The position numbers and the translations under genes were made by a program. Below are positions 17,946 through 31,300 of a DNA stretch of 64,000 nucleotides, one piece after another. The stretch is from NCBI GenBank assembly GCA_001784435.1, contig MFQZ01000001.1:156205-220204 (forward strand). The letters are read 5' to 3'. Each line of letters opens with the position of its first letter. The first letter of the stretch is position 1. This DNA is from Candidatus Magasanikbacteria bacterium RIFOXYC2_FULL_42_28. Lineage in GTDB: Bacteria > Patescibacteriota > Patescibacteriia > Magasanikbacterales > GWA2-37-8. The notes under the pieces were generated by a model. It was not told the origin of the DNA and searched no databases. It was given only the letters and a program-made list of their open reading frames with translations.

Positions 17946-19196
17946 TCAAGGTAGCAAATTCTTAATCCACCCTTTTATTGAATTTAACCCCGAAAAATGA
18001 TCCTTAATAACTGTCGTCCGCCCGCCCATCATCGTGCCCCATTTAACCAATCCTACCGCCGTCACAAAACCTAAATCATTAACTTTGTCGGTAACGCTCG
18101 CGATATCAGACGAAAAACCCAAAGTGGCCGGTAAGCGTAAATTTTTCTTAGCGCATTCGATTAGCCCGGGCAATTTAGCGCCCCCGCCGGCAAACACAGC
18201 TCCGGCCGGCAATAAACCGGAACGCTGAACTTTGCGCAACTCTTCGCCGATTTTAAACATTATCTCTTCGGCCCGCGCTTCAATAATTTCACTCACGTAT
18301 TTTTTCTTCACCATTTCGTGGTCAGACGCGCCCACTTCAAATAAATCTATTTCATCGCGTTTGGATACCGGCTCGGAAAAACAATCACCATATTTTGTCT
18401 TTACCCGCCCCGCAATATCCACACTCGTCCGCAAACCAATCGCCAAATCATTGGTAATATGTTCCGAACCAACCGGCAACACCGCGCTGTGAATCATATC
18501 CCCTTCTTCAAATACGGCCAAATTAGTGGTGGAACCGCCCAGATCGATCATCACCACTCCTAACTCTTTTTGGCGTTCGGTCAAAGCCGCTTCCGAGGTG
18601 GCTAAAATTGATAAAATTAAATCATTAATTTCCAAACCGGAACGGTAAACCGCTTTAGTCAAATTTTTAATTTGCGCGGACGCTCCCAAAATTATTTGCG
18701 CGTCCACTTCCAGGCGCATGCCGGTCATGCCCACCGGATCGCGAATGCCAGTTTGGCCATCCACTCCAAAACTCTTTGGTAAAACATGCAGGACTTCATA
18801 ATTTAAAGGCGTCGAAATCGCCCGAGCGGACTCTAACACCCGCGTAACGTCTTCCTCGCCCACCTCGCTGTTGGCTTTAGAAACCGCCACCACGCCCTTG
18901 CTGGCTTGCGCTAAAATATGCATGCCGGAAACACCAAGCCAAACGCTTCCGACTGGAATACCGACAATGCGTTCGGTTTTTTCCAGACAAGCGGAAATAG
19001 AAGATACCACATCTTCAATGCTCGAAATAACGCCTTTATTCATGCCGGCCGAAAATACTTCGGACGCGCCCAAAATTTGCAGTTCATTTTGACCGTTTTC
19101 TTCATCGCGCACGGCCAATTGTCCGACCGCCAAACGAACAGCGGTACTGCCAATATCCAGACCGGCAATTAATTTTCTTTGATTTGATTTAGACAT
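17946..19196 (-). CDS. ftsA: cell division protein FtsA
   Basis: Actin-like ATPase; LIAGLDIGSTAVRLAVG N-terminus. Confidence 0.9.
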   Translation of the reverse strand: MSKSNQRKLIAGLDIGSTAVRLAVGQLAVRDEENGQNELQILGASEVFSAGMNKGVISSIEDVVSSISACLEKTERIVGIPVGSVWLGVSGMHILAQASKGVVAVSKANSEVGEEDVTRVLESARAISTPLNYEVLHVLPKSFGVDGQTGIRDPVGMTGMRLEVDAQIILGASAQIKNLTKAVYRSGLEINDLILSILATSEAALTERQKELGVVMIDLGGSTTNLAVFEEGDMIHSAVLPVGSEHITNDLAIGLRTSVDIAGRVKTKYGDCFSEPVSKRDEIDLFEVGASDHEMVKKKYVSEIIEARAEEIMFKIGEELRKVQRSGLLPAGAVFAGGGAKLPGLIECAKKNLRLPATLGFSSDIASVTDKVNDLGFVTAVGLVKWGTMMGGRTTVIKDHFSGLNSIKGWIKNLLP

Positions 19197-19200
19197 ACCC

Positions 19201-19557
19201 CTATTTTATCAGATACGGTAAAAATATCAACAGGCCGATAACCACGGCCCCCACGGATGCCACGAGCACCCCGCCGGCCATAATATCTTTAACCGCTTCA
19301 ACATAATGGTGTAAACGCGGTTTTAATAAATCAGTAAAATATTCAAAAACGGTATTCACAATTTCCGCGAGCAATACCAAAATTACCATTAAAATCACTA
19401 AAATCAATTCCCAAATTTTAAGCGGTAAATAAAGCGCCAGTGCTAACGCCACCACGCCCGCCAACACCTGAAAACGAAAATTACGCTCGGACCTAAAAAC
19501 CGATTGCAAACCACGGCAAGCGTGATAAAAACTTTCAGTTATTTTTTTGGTTGACAT
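19201..19557 (-). CDS. dgkA: diacylglycerol/undecaprenol kinase family (DgkA)
   Basis: Three TM helices, EIVNTVFEYFTD motif. Confidence 0.7.
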   Translation of the reverse strand: MSTKKITESFYHACRGLQSVFRSERNFRFQVLAGVVALALALYLPLKIWELILVILMVILVLLAEIVNTVFEYFTDLLKPRLHHYVEAVKDIMAGGVLVASVGAVVIGLLIFLPYLIK

Positions 19558-19973
19558 ACTGCTAAAATTTTTTCCTGTAGACCAAACATCTTTTTGGCCT
19601 CGGCCGGACGACCGTGATCATGACCGACCAAATGCAACAAACCGTGAATCAACATTCGCGCCATTTCTTCTTTTTCAGGGACAACAAATTCCTTGGCTTG
19701 ACGTTTAACGCGAGCGTAACACAAATATATTTCACCTAACATTGACGAATTGACAATTTTATCATCTTGCCACGGAAAAGACAAAACATCGGTATCGCTA
19801 TTTTTACCGCGATAAACACGATTCAATTTTTTCATGGCCACGCTACCGATAATATTTATTTCTACCACTCCTTTCACTCGACTTTCATAGCGCGCCGTCG
19901 CCCTACTGATATTGACAAAAAAACTTTGGCTGTAAGGCGCGACTACAGCGTTGTTCAATACTACCTTAATCAT
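19539..19973 (-). CDS. ybeY: rRNA maturation endoribonuclease YbeY
   Basis: HGLLHLVGHDH zinc-binding motif. Confidence 0.85.
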   Translation of the reverse strand: MIKVVLNNAVVAPYSQSFFVNISRATARYESRVKGVVEINIIGSVAMKKLNRVYRGKNSDTDVLSFPWQDDKIVNSSMLGEIYLCYARVKRQAKEFVVPEKEEMARMLIHGLLHLVGHDHGRPAEAKKMFGLQEKILAVCQPKK

Positions 19974-21175
19974 AAACTGGATTCTTCGGGCGGCAATACT
20001 TCATCACTGCCCAGTGGCGCCGGCGCTACTGACGGCTCGGTCAAACCGGCGGTTACTTCGTCTTCCACCGGCAAAGTCATCAAAACATCCTCTTTGACAG
20101 TGCCCAATTGAAAACTGCGCGCCATCATTTTGGCCACGATGCGATAATTAACCGTATTGGAATCGGTGGTATGATAAACTAAAACATACAACCGCGGTCC
20201 ATCGGCAAAATAATAAACCAAGTAATCGCTCCGTTGTTTGCCATTTAATTTAAAAGCGGTGGTAAAATCAGTTAAATTATCTAAACGTTCACTCGGCGCG
20301 TTGACCGCCATCCAATCAGACAGAGTCTGGCCACTTGCCAAATCAAACACTCGCACTTCAATATTTTCGCCGGTTAAAGTGCTAAATAAGACATCGCGAT
20401 GATTGCTATCAATACTGGCCACAGCCCAATTTTTGGGGTAATACAATTTATAACCAAATACCGGGTTAGCGTATTCGGTTACGAGACCGGAGTCAATTAT
20501 CCGCACCGGCGCTTTGCCGGACGGATTATATAAATGATAGATTTCATGACCATCGGGGTACTTATCATTGTCTGAATCCGATACACCCACGTCAGTTAAA
20601 AACAGCTCTTCGGCCGCGTCCGTGATATCATCATTATCATAATCCGCGCTGTCCGCTAATAACACCGACGGAAATTCCATGGCCACCTCGGTTAATACCG
20701 GGGCCGGTTCCGGTTCGGGCATCGGCGCCACCACTACCGGTAGGGGTTCAACCACTACCGGTAGTGGTTCAGGCGCGGTAACGACTGGCGCCGGCACGAC
20801 CGCGACTACCGGTGGTTTACTAAAATAAGGTATCAAATAATAAGCAGACGCGCCCGCGGCAAATACCACCAATAACACTCCGAGGCCGACAAAAATAAAT
20901 TTGCGACTGGTTAACAAATTTGCCAAATGACGTTTACCCCCCGCTCCCACCGTAGTAGTCGCGTCTAAAGCGCGTTTTTCCGGCACGCTCAAAACAGGCG
21001 CCACCGCTCTTTCTACTGTCTTCGGCACATCTTTGTATTGCACCACCGGATTAGCGCCACCCAAAAATTCCAAGGGGATTGTTTCCACGGGCACATTTAT
21101 TTCCGGTTCGGTAATTTTATTTTTTTTACCAAAAAACAACATAATGATATTATTTGGCGGTGGTAGTAGGCACAT
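19970..21175 (-). CDS. membrane-anchored Pro-rich protein with acidic D-x-D repeats and C-terminal beta-rich domain
   Basis: TM helix, PVVAVVPAPVVTAPEPLPVVVEPLPVVVAPMPEPEP, DYDNDDITD and SDSDNDKYPDGHE. Confidence 0.45.
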   Translation of the reverse strand: MCLLPPPNNIIMLFFGKKNKITEPEINVPVETIPLEFLGGANPVVQYKDVPKTVERAVAPVLSVPEKRALDATTTVGAGGKRHLANLLTSRKFIFVGLGVLLVVFAAGASAYYLIPYFSKPPVVAVVPAPVVTAPEPLPVVVEPLPVVVAPMPEPEPAPVLTEVAMEFPSVLLADSADYDNDDITDAAEELFLTDVGVSDSDNDKYPDGHEIYHLYNPSGKAPVRIIDSGLVTEYANPVFGYKLYYPKNWAVASIDSNHRDVLFSTLTGENIEVRVFDLASGQTLSDWMAVNAPSERLDNLTDFTTAFKLNGKQRSDYLVYYFADGPRLYVLVYHTTDSNTVNYRIVAKMMARSFQLGTVKEDVLMTLPVEDEVTAGLTEPSVAPAPLGSDEVLPPEESSL

Positions 21176-21902
21176 TAAACAATTTTCCCGGGCCTAACGG
21201 GTTATAGCCATTTTTGACTTCCTGGCCATCAGAAAAAGTATCACCGTCCGTATCTTTTTTAAGCGGATCGGTTTTCCAAATTATCACTTCGTCGCCGTCG
21301 CTTAACTCATCGCTGTCGCTGTCAGTTTGAGTGGGGTTAGTGCCAATTTCGGCCTCACGCACATCATCCAAACCATCTTTGTCGCTATCCACGCCTTGGC
21401 CAAATAAAATTTCATCGCTGGCCATATTTACTCCGGCTTGGGCGGTAGTAGTAGGGAGTGGCTCGGGCGCGACCACCGGCGCAACTGGTTCCGGTGCCAC
21501 CGGTTCAATTATCGGTGGCGCGATCGGACCCTCTTCTACCGCAGGAGTGGGCAAGGGTGAGGTGGGAGTAGCTGAAAAAAATCCGCTCGCATACAAACGA
21601 TAACCAAAATATCCGGCGCCACCCAATACCGCGAGCAAAACTAAAAGCAAAATTACTTTACCAACTATCGGCTCTTTAACCGCATACATTGTTGGCATCG
21701 CCTCAATTGAACCGGTGCTATTGGTTGGCGTCGGCATCACCGCGTCGTTATTTTTTGGTTTTAACACTCCCGCTTGGATAGCATTCGGCGCGGACGGGGC
21801 CACTGGCCCGGCCGGCATTTTGTCTACAGTGGCAAACATATCATCGGCTTCGGTTGGTAAATTCGCCGGTGGGGTAGAACTAATTGGTTGGTCGTCAAAC
21901 AT
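21150..21902 (-). CDS. thrombospondin type-3-like Ca-binding repeat protein, TM-anchored
   Basis: DSDKDGLDD..., TDSDSDELSDGDE..., KDTDGDTFSDGQEVKNGYNPLG. Confidence 0.55.
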   Translation of the reverse strand: MFDDQPISSTPPANLPTEADDMFATVDKMPAGPVAPSAPNAIQAGVLKPKNNDAVMPTPTNSTGSIEAMPTMYAVKEPIVGKVILLLVLLAVLGGAGYFGYRLYASGFFSATPTSPLPTPAVEEGPIAPPIIEPVAPEPVAPVVAPEPLPTTTAQAGVNMASDEILFGQGVDSDKDGLDDVREAEIGTNPTQTDSDSDELSDGDEVIIWKTDPLKKDTDGDTFSDGQEVKNGYNPLGPGKLFNVPTTTAK

Positions 21903-21920
21903 AAAATTTTATATTATTGG

Positions 21921-22376
21921 TTAATTTCCTTTTTTTAGAGGATTGTAATTGCGCTTAACTTCATACCCGTCTTTATAACCATCGCCATCAGTATCGGCAT
22001 TAAGCGGATCGGTTTTCCATACTTCTATTTCAGTTTTGTCCAAAATGCCATCGCCATCAGTATCGGATTTTTTCGGGTCAGTGCCAGATTGTTTTTCTTG
22101 ATCAGCCGTAAGACCGTCTAAATCTTCGTCCGTAATACGAATGTTATCTAATGCTTTATTCAACGCTACCAACTCTTCTTTTCTTTTTTGTTCCGAAGCG
22201 GTTTGACTTAAAGCGCCACCGGTTAATTTTTTACGCAGTGCCAATACTCCAAACACTAATCCGACCACCAACAACAAAACCACAATAACCGCGATAATTA
22301 TATTTAAAATTTTACCAAAAGAACGCGGTGGCGTATTATTGGTTGATGGTATTAAAGTGTCATTCATATACTTCAA
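21921..22376 (-). CDS. thrombospondin type-3-like repeat protein, TM-anchored
   Basis: DTDGDGILDKTEIEVWKTDPLNADTDGDGYKDGYEVKRNYNPL. Confidence 0.55.
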   Translation of the reverse strand: MKYMNDTLIPSTNNTPPRSFGKILNIIIAVIVVLLLVVGLVFGVLALRKKLTGGALSQTASEQKRKEELVALNKALDNIRITDEDLDGLTADQEKQSGTDPKKSDTDGDGILDKTEIEVWKTDPLNADTDGDGYKDGYEVKRNYNPLKKGN

Positions 22377-25300
22377 TAACTAAATCGTAAATAATTGCGC
22401 GAGCTACGAATATAATTAAGATTTTCTTCTAAACTTACCTCGGCTGAAGCTACCGGGTTAGGATACAAACTCTTAATATTAAACACATGCCAAGCACTGG
22501 CGTTAGGATTATCGTCAATGGCCGGATCATAATCTAAATCAAGAGCGGACAATTGGCGCGCGTCTTTTAACTCAAAAGTCCTGACCGGGAAAGAAAATCT
22601 GGAATCGGACGCATAGTCAATATTGGTGTCAAAATCCGGTTCATATACTTCCACTTTAACACCACCGTTATTGCGATAATAATTAATGGCCGAATCGTCG
22701 TCAGTGCGGACATAGAAAATAAAGGGATTCGCGCCCATAGCGTTCGTGTTGATTGTAAAGGACTCCATATTCAAACCGGATGCGGTGGTAGTGATGCCGT
22801 GGTACCAGATGCCCTGCTTCAAAAAGTTACTACCTGTCTCAGTAAAATAGCTCCTGCCAATAGCTGAGTTAAAATCTGTCCCCTCTTTGGCAACTACTGT
22901 ATTACCACCATTAATCGCCGTCACAAACCCGGCTGATAACTGCTTTGACGCATCGCCAACCCAACTCAAAACTACACGGATATGCCCTTTCTGTTGGGTA
23001 GAAGAAGCATTGATTCGGGGCGACAACAGTAAATCAAAATCAGCGGGTGTAGAATCGGCGCGAACCGGGAAAAATTTACGGCGAATAGGGGCGTTCGGGG
23101 TGTTAGTCACGAACGCGCGATAACCATTGACAGTTAAATAATAGGCGGCTAAATTATCATCTTTAATCGAACATCTGAGGTCAGAATTTACCTTAACCGA
23201 GCCAATACCATTGCCACCTTCTCTAAGCGCGTAACTGCTGGCGGTGGGCGAATCAATGCCAACCCGCAACATCTGCGCTAGGGAAATCGTTGATGACTGG
23301 GAATAATTTACTGTTGGTTTAGAATAAAATAATTCTAAAAGACCAGAGTGACTCGTGCCGGCATATAAATAATCATAAATTGGGTCAATGGAACTGGGCT
23401 CGATAACATTAATAATATTGCCACTAACCGCAACACCGTTGGTGTTGTCTTTGCCACAGGCCACGCAATTATCTTGGATCTCCGAGCAACTGCTGTTACA
23501 TTTTCTATCGCCTATTTGGCGAGGGGTATATTGTTCTAAATTAGTTTGGTATATCAAATTAGCCCAGTATGAAGTGCTGACATTAAGTGGTGCCACCAAT
23601 TGATCGCAACGGTAGACGTGATAACCGTTTACATCGTCAGTGATAGTACCGTAAATATTAGTGCCGGTTACAGAAGAATAAGTATTAATTCCGACATTTT
23701 CACATCGTTCCGGACTACTAGTATTTATCACGCCATCCCCGCACCAGCCGCTCGCCTCTTTACGAATCACATTGCGACAATCGGCCGAACAATAGGTGCA
23801 AGGGCGGTTATAGCCAGGCCTACAGGTTTGGCCGTTATTATTATAAATCAAGGCGCCGGTAACCGCGTTTACTTGGCTGTTGTCGCAGGCCTCGGTTTCC
23901 GATTCAACATGGCCGTTGCCACAGCCGGTGGGGGCAACCGGACCGCTATTGGGAGTGGTGCTGGCCGTGCACATCCAACCGCCCAAATCACGATAACTGT
24001 CAAACAAATCTTTTACTTCGGGCGTTGATAAAGCGCGATCAAAATATTTTAATTCGTCCATTTTGCCATAGTAAAAATACCAATCCTGTTTGGGTATCAT
24101 CCAATCTCCCTCAATTGCGCCGGAAGAGGTAAGACAACCGCTACCACTAGCGGTGGAACCGGAATAGGGATGGGTATGATCGCTATGTGTATAACCTCCG
24201 ACAATATTTACATAATTAATCGCGCTACCATACCAATTATCAGCGCCAAAACTGTAATTGCCACAATCTGTTAAATTGTTTAAAGGTTTTGAAGTGGTAA
24301 TTTTTAATACACCATTAACATAAACACGAGCGGAAGCGGAATTATTTACTACAACCAAATGCGTCCAAGTGTTAGGTGGCGCCGCTCCACTAATAGTGAG
24401 CGGATCAGGACTACCCGCAAATCTCGCACCGCCACCCGGTTGTCTTTCGTAATTATCTGCAACGCTACAACGAGCTGAATAGGTGGATGATATCGCCCCC
24501 ATGGCGTAAAATAATAGATCATTATTGCTAATATCGCGACGCAAAGTAAAACCACAATTATTGGTATCCATCCCGCCTTTTTCAATAATAGTATTAAATC
24601 GATGCACATTAACGGAATCCCATGGATGATCGTCCGGATTTATCCATAAAGAAATTGAGCTGGTGCCGGTAATTTCAAATCCGGAATAATTTGGCAAGGT
24701 TGAACTGGTGTATAAAAACAATCTTTTATTATAAGAGTTTTTGAATGCCCCACCAATTTTACCATCGCTTACCACCTGGGGGTATTGCGGAAAATCACCG
24801 GTCGCTGTTGAAGAAACGTTGATAACTGAAAATATTTTGTGTAAATTAAATTTATCACCACTGAAAGGATAAACATATCTTATGGCGCCACCCGAAGCCG
24901 GACGAGATCCTGGCGACAAACCCGCCAAATTATCCATCCCCCATTCGGCCAAAGCGCTAACTTTACGACAGCTCAAACAATTTCTCACGCCACTACTCCC
25001 ACCCACACTGCAAACCGGCTCGCCATCGCACTCTTCTCCTTGGCTGGCATCAATAACACCATCACCACAATACGAACCGAAACCGGAACAATCAGATTTA
25101 CAAGAATAACTATTGCTCATGGCATAAACCGAACAGGCGTATGGACTAGGGGTAGAGACACCCGCACCAGTGGCATAAGCGCATTTGCTAGAAACGGTAT
25201 CACAAAACTCATACGGTTCGTCCAGCGCGCCATTGCCACAGTACAGAGTGCTCGTGGCCTCACAAGTGTTGTTACATTTACCGTATCGTCCGTTTAGCAC

Positions 25301-28300
25301 GCCATCATCGCAACTTTCACCCAAATCCAATTTACCATTACCGCATTTTGTTCTGTCCAAACAATCAACTCCACCTTCGGTTTCTTCCCATTTACAATTA
25401 GCCGAACAAGTTTTTAGTGTTCGTGTGCCACCGGTACAAACATTACCATATTCCAACGCCTGTGGCGGGTCGCAATCCTCGCCTAAATTCAAATTTAATT
25501 TCCCGTCTCCGCAAAATCCGGACTGCATGGTGGAAATTTCTTCAGACGCCAGACAAATTCCGGTCGGATCAGATACAAAACGCGAGGTGGTAACAATGAA
25601 TTTAGGAATAAGTGCGTTAAAAGCATAAGACAAACTGTATTCTTTTGGCTCCAACAAATACCTTACCATATAATTGGGCGAGCTGGTAGACACAATATAC
25701 CGGTAAGCCAATGAAGTCGGATCGCAAGCAAAACTAAACCGACGGTCAGCAGTAGAGGTGCCGGTGGTCAGCCAATTGGTGGTGGCATCGTGCAGCAGAC
25801 ATTTGTTGTCGGTAATAGTTGAGTCGCAATCAGTATCAACATGGCAAAATTTGGCGATATTATCGGCCGTATAAGCGCAACTGCCGGCCGGGGCCAAACG
25901 ATTAATCGGGTCGGTCGGCAAACTGCGTCCGGTGGCAGTTCCTAAAACACTCCACGACGGCCAGGTGCTCACAGTTTGGCCGGATAAATATGTGCCTTGG
26001 GGCAATGGCGGATATTTACCGGCATTGGCATCAGCGTAATTGGCCAATGATTTTTCAATCGCGCCCAAACCGCGCAAACGATTATAATTGCGTTTTAGTT
26101 TATCAATTTGGTTGGCGCATTTTTGTTCCGAATGACCGGCGGACGCGCAATCTATATCGGTTCGGCAGGGCACGGAGTCGGGCGATAATACCGGTGGGTC
26201 AACCTCTAAACTATCAACACAATAATTAGTATTGGTTAAGTTGGTATTGAGCGTCAAATTATTCATAAACTGCTCAAACACGTTTTTCATGGTCGCGCCG
26301 GAATTTTTGTTTAAACTGAATAAATAGATATTTGATTTAAGATTCGCGCTTCCGCCCGCAGAATAATTCAGCGCTTCCACATAAACATTGTTGCCATCAG
26401 ACACGGCGTCATAACCGCCAACTTTTAGATCGCGGAAATTATTGACGTTAAAATCCTTACCGCCGCTTTGTTTGTTACCGGCGAGCCAGTCGCGCGGGCT
26501 TAAGAAATATTGATTGGAGAATACCGAAATACCAACGGCGTCTGATACACCGCGAGAGTTGGTGTCGGTAAAAATAAAGCGTTTGAGAAGTTGGGGTTGA
26601 GCGATACAGACTGGATCTTCAAAATTTAACGATGGGTAAATTAAATTGGAACATATCGTACTATCGTAATCACTCGGGATTGTATCCTTCCAAACTTTAA
26701 AACCGTCGTCGTCATCACAACTATCCTGATTGGTGCACGATAAAGGAGAATTATTTTTATCTAAATAATATAAGGCGGCAGAATCATACGCCGGCGCTTT
26801 GGCAACCCGACATATTTTAGTGGAATATTTTGAGTAGAAAACACTGCGAGTGGTAGTAACAGTAAATTTAGCGTTACACTGCTCATCTGCCGCTACACCC
26901 AAATCACATTCCTCGCCCGTAAAACTACACGCCCCTTTTGCCACTTCCAACTGCGCCGTGCTCGTCTGCACTGCCGCGCGCAAATACGGCAAATCATCAC
27001 CTCTGCCGGAGACACCGGAATCAGCGCAATAGTAAGTGCGGAAATTATAATAACCGCTGGTGTTAGTTTCTTCTACAGTCGACGGGTCAATAGACGAACC
27101 ATCAAACGCGTCGGTCGCCAAATTAAAGCCATCGTCATTATTTAATTTATCTTCATACGGGAAAATCCGCGCGCCATTTGAAGGCAAATCTTTGGGTGGC
27201 CAAGGATTTTCGCACAAAAATACAATCGCGTGCGCTTGGCCGGTCGCCACCGGACCCCTGCGGGCGGTATATTGATTAGCAACGACATTGGCCGTGGCAT
27301 AAACATCAATTTCGCCATTTTTATTCAAGGCCTTTAAAATATTGTCGCCGTTAGCAACAGACGCCGAAGTGGTTGCCGGGGCAAACTCAACAAACGGATT
27401 GGACACGCTCGGAGCCGGCCCCCAGATATAATCCCAAGCGTAAAAATTAGCAATGGGCGCAATAATTTGATTGCCGCGCGAAGCGTCGGTGCGAGCGGTA
27501 ACGTGCATCGTGGTAGTGGCGTTGGCGCGCGCAAAATACACTTCCGTGGGTGACAAAGAGATGTTTTCCACCTCACATATTTCATTTCCGGTTTCAAAAC
27601 TCCACCTGATAACCGCGCCAATACTGACTCCACGCGTGTCTTTAAGGCCATTTTTTAAAATTATGGTATAATCGGCGTCAGCGGAAAGAGGCCGATTTAA
27701 ATTCACTTTCAAAGTAGAAGTGGAAAATAGTTTGGTGTCAGGATCAAATTCATTATTTACTTCAACCGCGCCGGTATCACCACCCACGCACCAAACATCA
27801 GCCGAAGCGGTTTGACGACCAAACAAATTATTGAACCAAGCCAAAGCGCGTTTTAATAATCGTTTGGGCCAAGATAGTTGTTGATTTTCAAACGCTACCA
27901 CTAGTTCGGTTACATCTTCACCGCCGGTGTAACAGGTGCTGGTAGCCAAAAGTTGACGCGCGATTAAGAAATTACCGGTAATGCTATTTTTGTCAATTGG
28001 GTGGTCAAAGCTGGCGGAAATGGAAGTGTTTAAACAGACATCGTCGGCATCATCAAGCGGATAGTTAGCGGTTTTTTGTGGTCGGGCGTAGCAACAAGAA
28101 TTATTGCCCACGCCATAAGTGTTATCATTCGGCAAACCAGCGACACTCACGCACTCATCATCATTTTGATAACCGCATTTGATTTCAAATCTACCACTAT
28201 CGGTTTTGGCTGTGCCACTGCCACCAGCGGTATTTTGGTTAGTAGTAGCGCTAATAAGAGCCACTTGCGCCACGCCAGCACCCACCGCGTTAGTGCCGGT

Positions 28301-31300
28301 CGCGCCCATACCCACGCCTTTGGCTAAAACCCACGGATCAAAACGATATAAACCGGTGGTAGTAGCCGCGCGACTGTATTTTATAAAATCAGTACTGGTG
28401 GTACTTTCACAATAATCCACTTCGCCCGTGCCGGTTATACCGTCGCCACACACTGATGGATTGGAATATGACAAAGACGAGCCCAAAGGACGGTAATCGC
28501 TGATATTACAACCTTCTTCCCCGAAAACACACGCGCCTGCATATAATGGTTTAGTAGCAAAATCCCAGCCATCGGTAGAATAAAGCGAAACTTTGTAATC
28601 TACCATTTGACAATATTTATTACACGGCTTGGGATAAACATCTTCATCAAGAAAAGACGCCTCGCACTCCGGATCTTCATCCGCGCTCGTCACCCCATCG
28701 CCACATTGGCTATAAGACACATTTTTATAAAAATCATAAGTGGTGGTGGCGAATCCGGCCGGACGCTCGTTGCCCGGTTGTTGGAACCAGTAATTGGTCA
28801 TGCGCGTACCGGTGTGGAGACATTGAGCCGAGCAGTTGCGACTACTTGTGGTCATCAAAATATCATCAGGTGGTATCGCTACATCGCACTCCTCGCCCAC
28901 CGTCACTTTACGGTCTCCACAAACCGACGCGTTAACATTGTTGGCTTTGGGCTCGGCCGTGGAACCGGTCCACAAACAGTTGAACGCGTTACAATTTACT
29001 CTTTTGGTAATATCAGCACTCCCCGGGTCGCATTCTTCGCCTTTGGTTGATGAAACAAAACTATCACCACACAAACCAATATCAACAGTGCTGGTTGTAT
29101 TCGTGGTATTAGTATTCCCACTATACAAACAAGTCAAAGTACACCCGCCCGTCGCGCTCGGTAGATCGCAATCTTCACCCGCTTCTACTGTGCCATTACC
29201 ACAAGCAATAAACCGGTCTACCGCCCCACTTGTTGTCGTGGCAAACGGCACATCACTTCCCTTGCGCACACAGCGATCGGTACAATTTTTGTTTTGGCCC
29301 AAAGTGCGAAATGGCGTAACTGTCGCCACATCAGTATCCGATGATTGCCAATTCCAACCGACATCATAGGCGTTCAAACGCTGGCCTTGGGCGCTACAAG
29401 CGTCCGGCGCTGAATAGGGCGTGGCAAAATAAAACGATTTGTCGGTTATGCGGCGCGTGCTAAATACTTCAGGCGCGACATCTACCCGATCAATTAAACA
29501 GGCCTGGTCTTTGGTGCGGAATTTCCAAGTTAAATTTTTGTTAAACGGTTTGCTGTAAGAGCTCGGACTAAAAATATTACCCAGCGACCATAAAACATCC
29601 GGCGCTGTGGCAGGAGAAGATAATTCACCCGGGTATTCATTGGAAATGGAAACGACATAATACTTGGACTGTTCTAAATCTGTTTCCGGCGTTAAAATTA
29701 TCAATGACTTATCCGGCTGATTTTTAACATCCGCCAATGTTACCGGTTCGGTAGTAAAACAATTAACATCATTGCATTTATCCAAACGCACCGCCCCGTT
29801 CTCCTTATCCAAATTGGCCGTGCTCATACTGATATTAAATTTCACGCCAATTTCCGCGCTCGGACAGGCCTCAAAACACTGCGGCCAATAATCAACCACT
29901 TTCGGATCGGATAGATCAATCGTGAGTGTGCTCGTGCCGGTTTTGGTTTTGGTAACACTGGCGGTATTAGTGGTAGCATCGGCAAAAATATTCACGGCAT
30001 TAAGCGGGTTGGTCAAATTCACGCCCACGGTATTTTGCAAAGCGGACACTTGTGCCTTATCCATCGTGGTCGTACCGACGATATTGGAATACGCGATATT
30101 ACCTGACCGCCAATTCCAGCCGTAGCCGGAAACATCCATCATAATACAACGGTCTGTGCTCAAACCATTACCGCGATAAAATAAATCGTATTCACGACCA
30201 GAAGCTGTGCGGCCGATTAACAATTCTTCCAAATGGTTGGTCCAATATTCGTACGGCGTTACGATCACTTTTTCTAATTCGCACTGTCTACCGGTTGGGT
30301 CAGTGTGGAACGCAAAACAATAAGCCGTGCCGTCGCCACAAGGTCGGTCGGCAATTATTGGAGTGGAACTTGCCCCCGTGCCATTGGCGCGAATATTGTT
30401 ATATAATTTTACTTGATACCAGGTATTAGGTATCCAATGGCCGGTGTTGTGGTTGTAGGTACTTGTTGGTCTTAAAGATAGGTAGGCGTGCTGGGAATTA
30501 GCACCACTCTGACTTGATACACCGGGCAAAAGCACGCCTCGGCTATCACCGGTATTAACAACCGATACCTTGGTCGGCGCCACTCCGGTTGTTAAACAAT
30601 TTTGTTGAACAGCATCAATACCGCCCGTACATTCCAAAACAACAAGCGCGTTCAGGTCGGTTCCGGGCACGTTAGTATTTATTAAATTAATATCAGCGCG
30701 CGAAAATTCAATGGAGATTAAAGCCCCACGACAAACATTTTCTTGCGGATCACCGCCACCTTGGCGCCATAGCAAACTGGGCGAGGGCGATGGCAATGCC
30801 AAACCGGCCATAACACTCGCGTCACACCGCTCCACTACGCGCAATGGCTCGGGAATACCGGCGGTGGAAAATCGCCACATATAACCGGTGGAAAGAGTGT
30901 CATTTTTGCATCGAAGATTGCCGGCAATACAAACCCCGGGCTGACCGGTATCGCGACCACAACATTGTTCGGTATCTTTATTACAAGCATTGGTATTTTC
31001 TAAACAATTTTGGACGGTAAAATCAACCTGATTACTTACTTTATTATCAGACGCGCGCCTCACTTCTATCGCCCCGGAAACAGTGCCTTCAACTGGCGAC
31101 ACCTTTATTTCATTATCGGTAATAGCTAATTTTTCCGCCACCTTGTTTCTGGAAAAAAATATTGTAGTTGAAATACCGACTGTGTCATCATCAGACAAAA
31201 AATGATCACCGAAAATTTTCAAACCGTCTTCGTCCGGATAAGGAATGGGACCGGAATAATTACTTAAAGCGCAAATACCGGGCGCCGGTTCACCGCCAAC

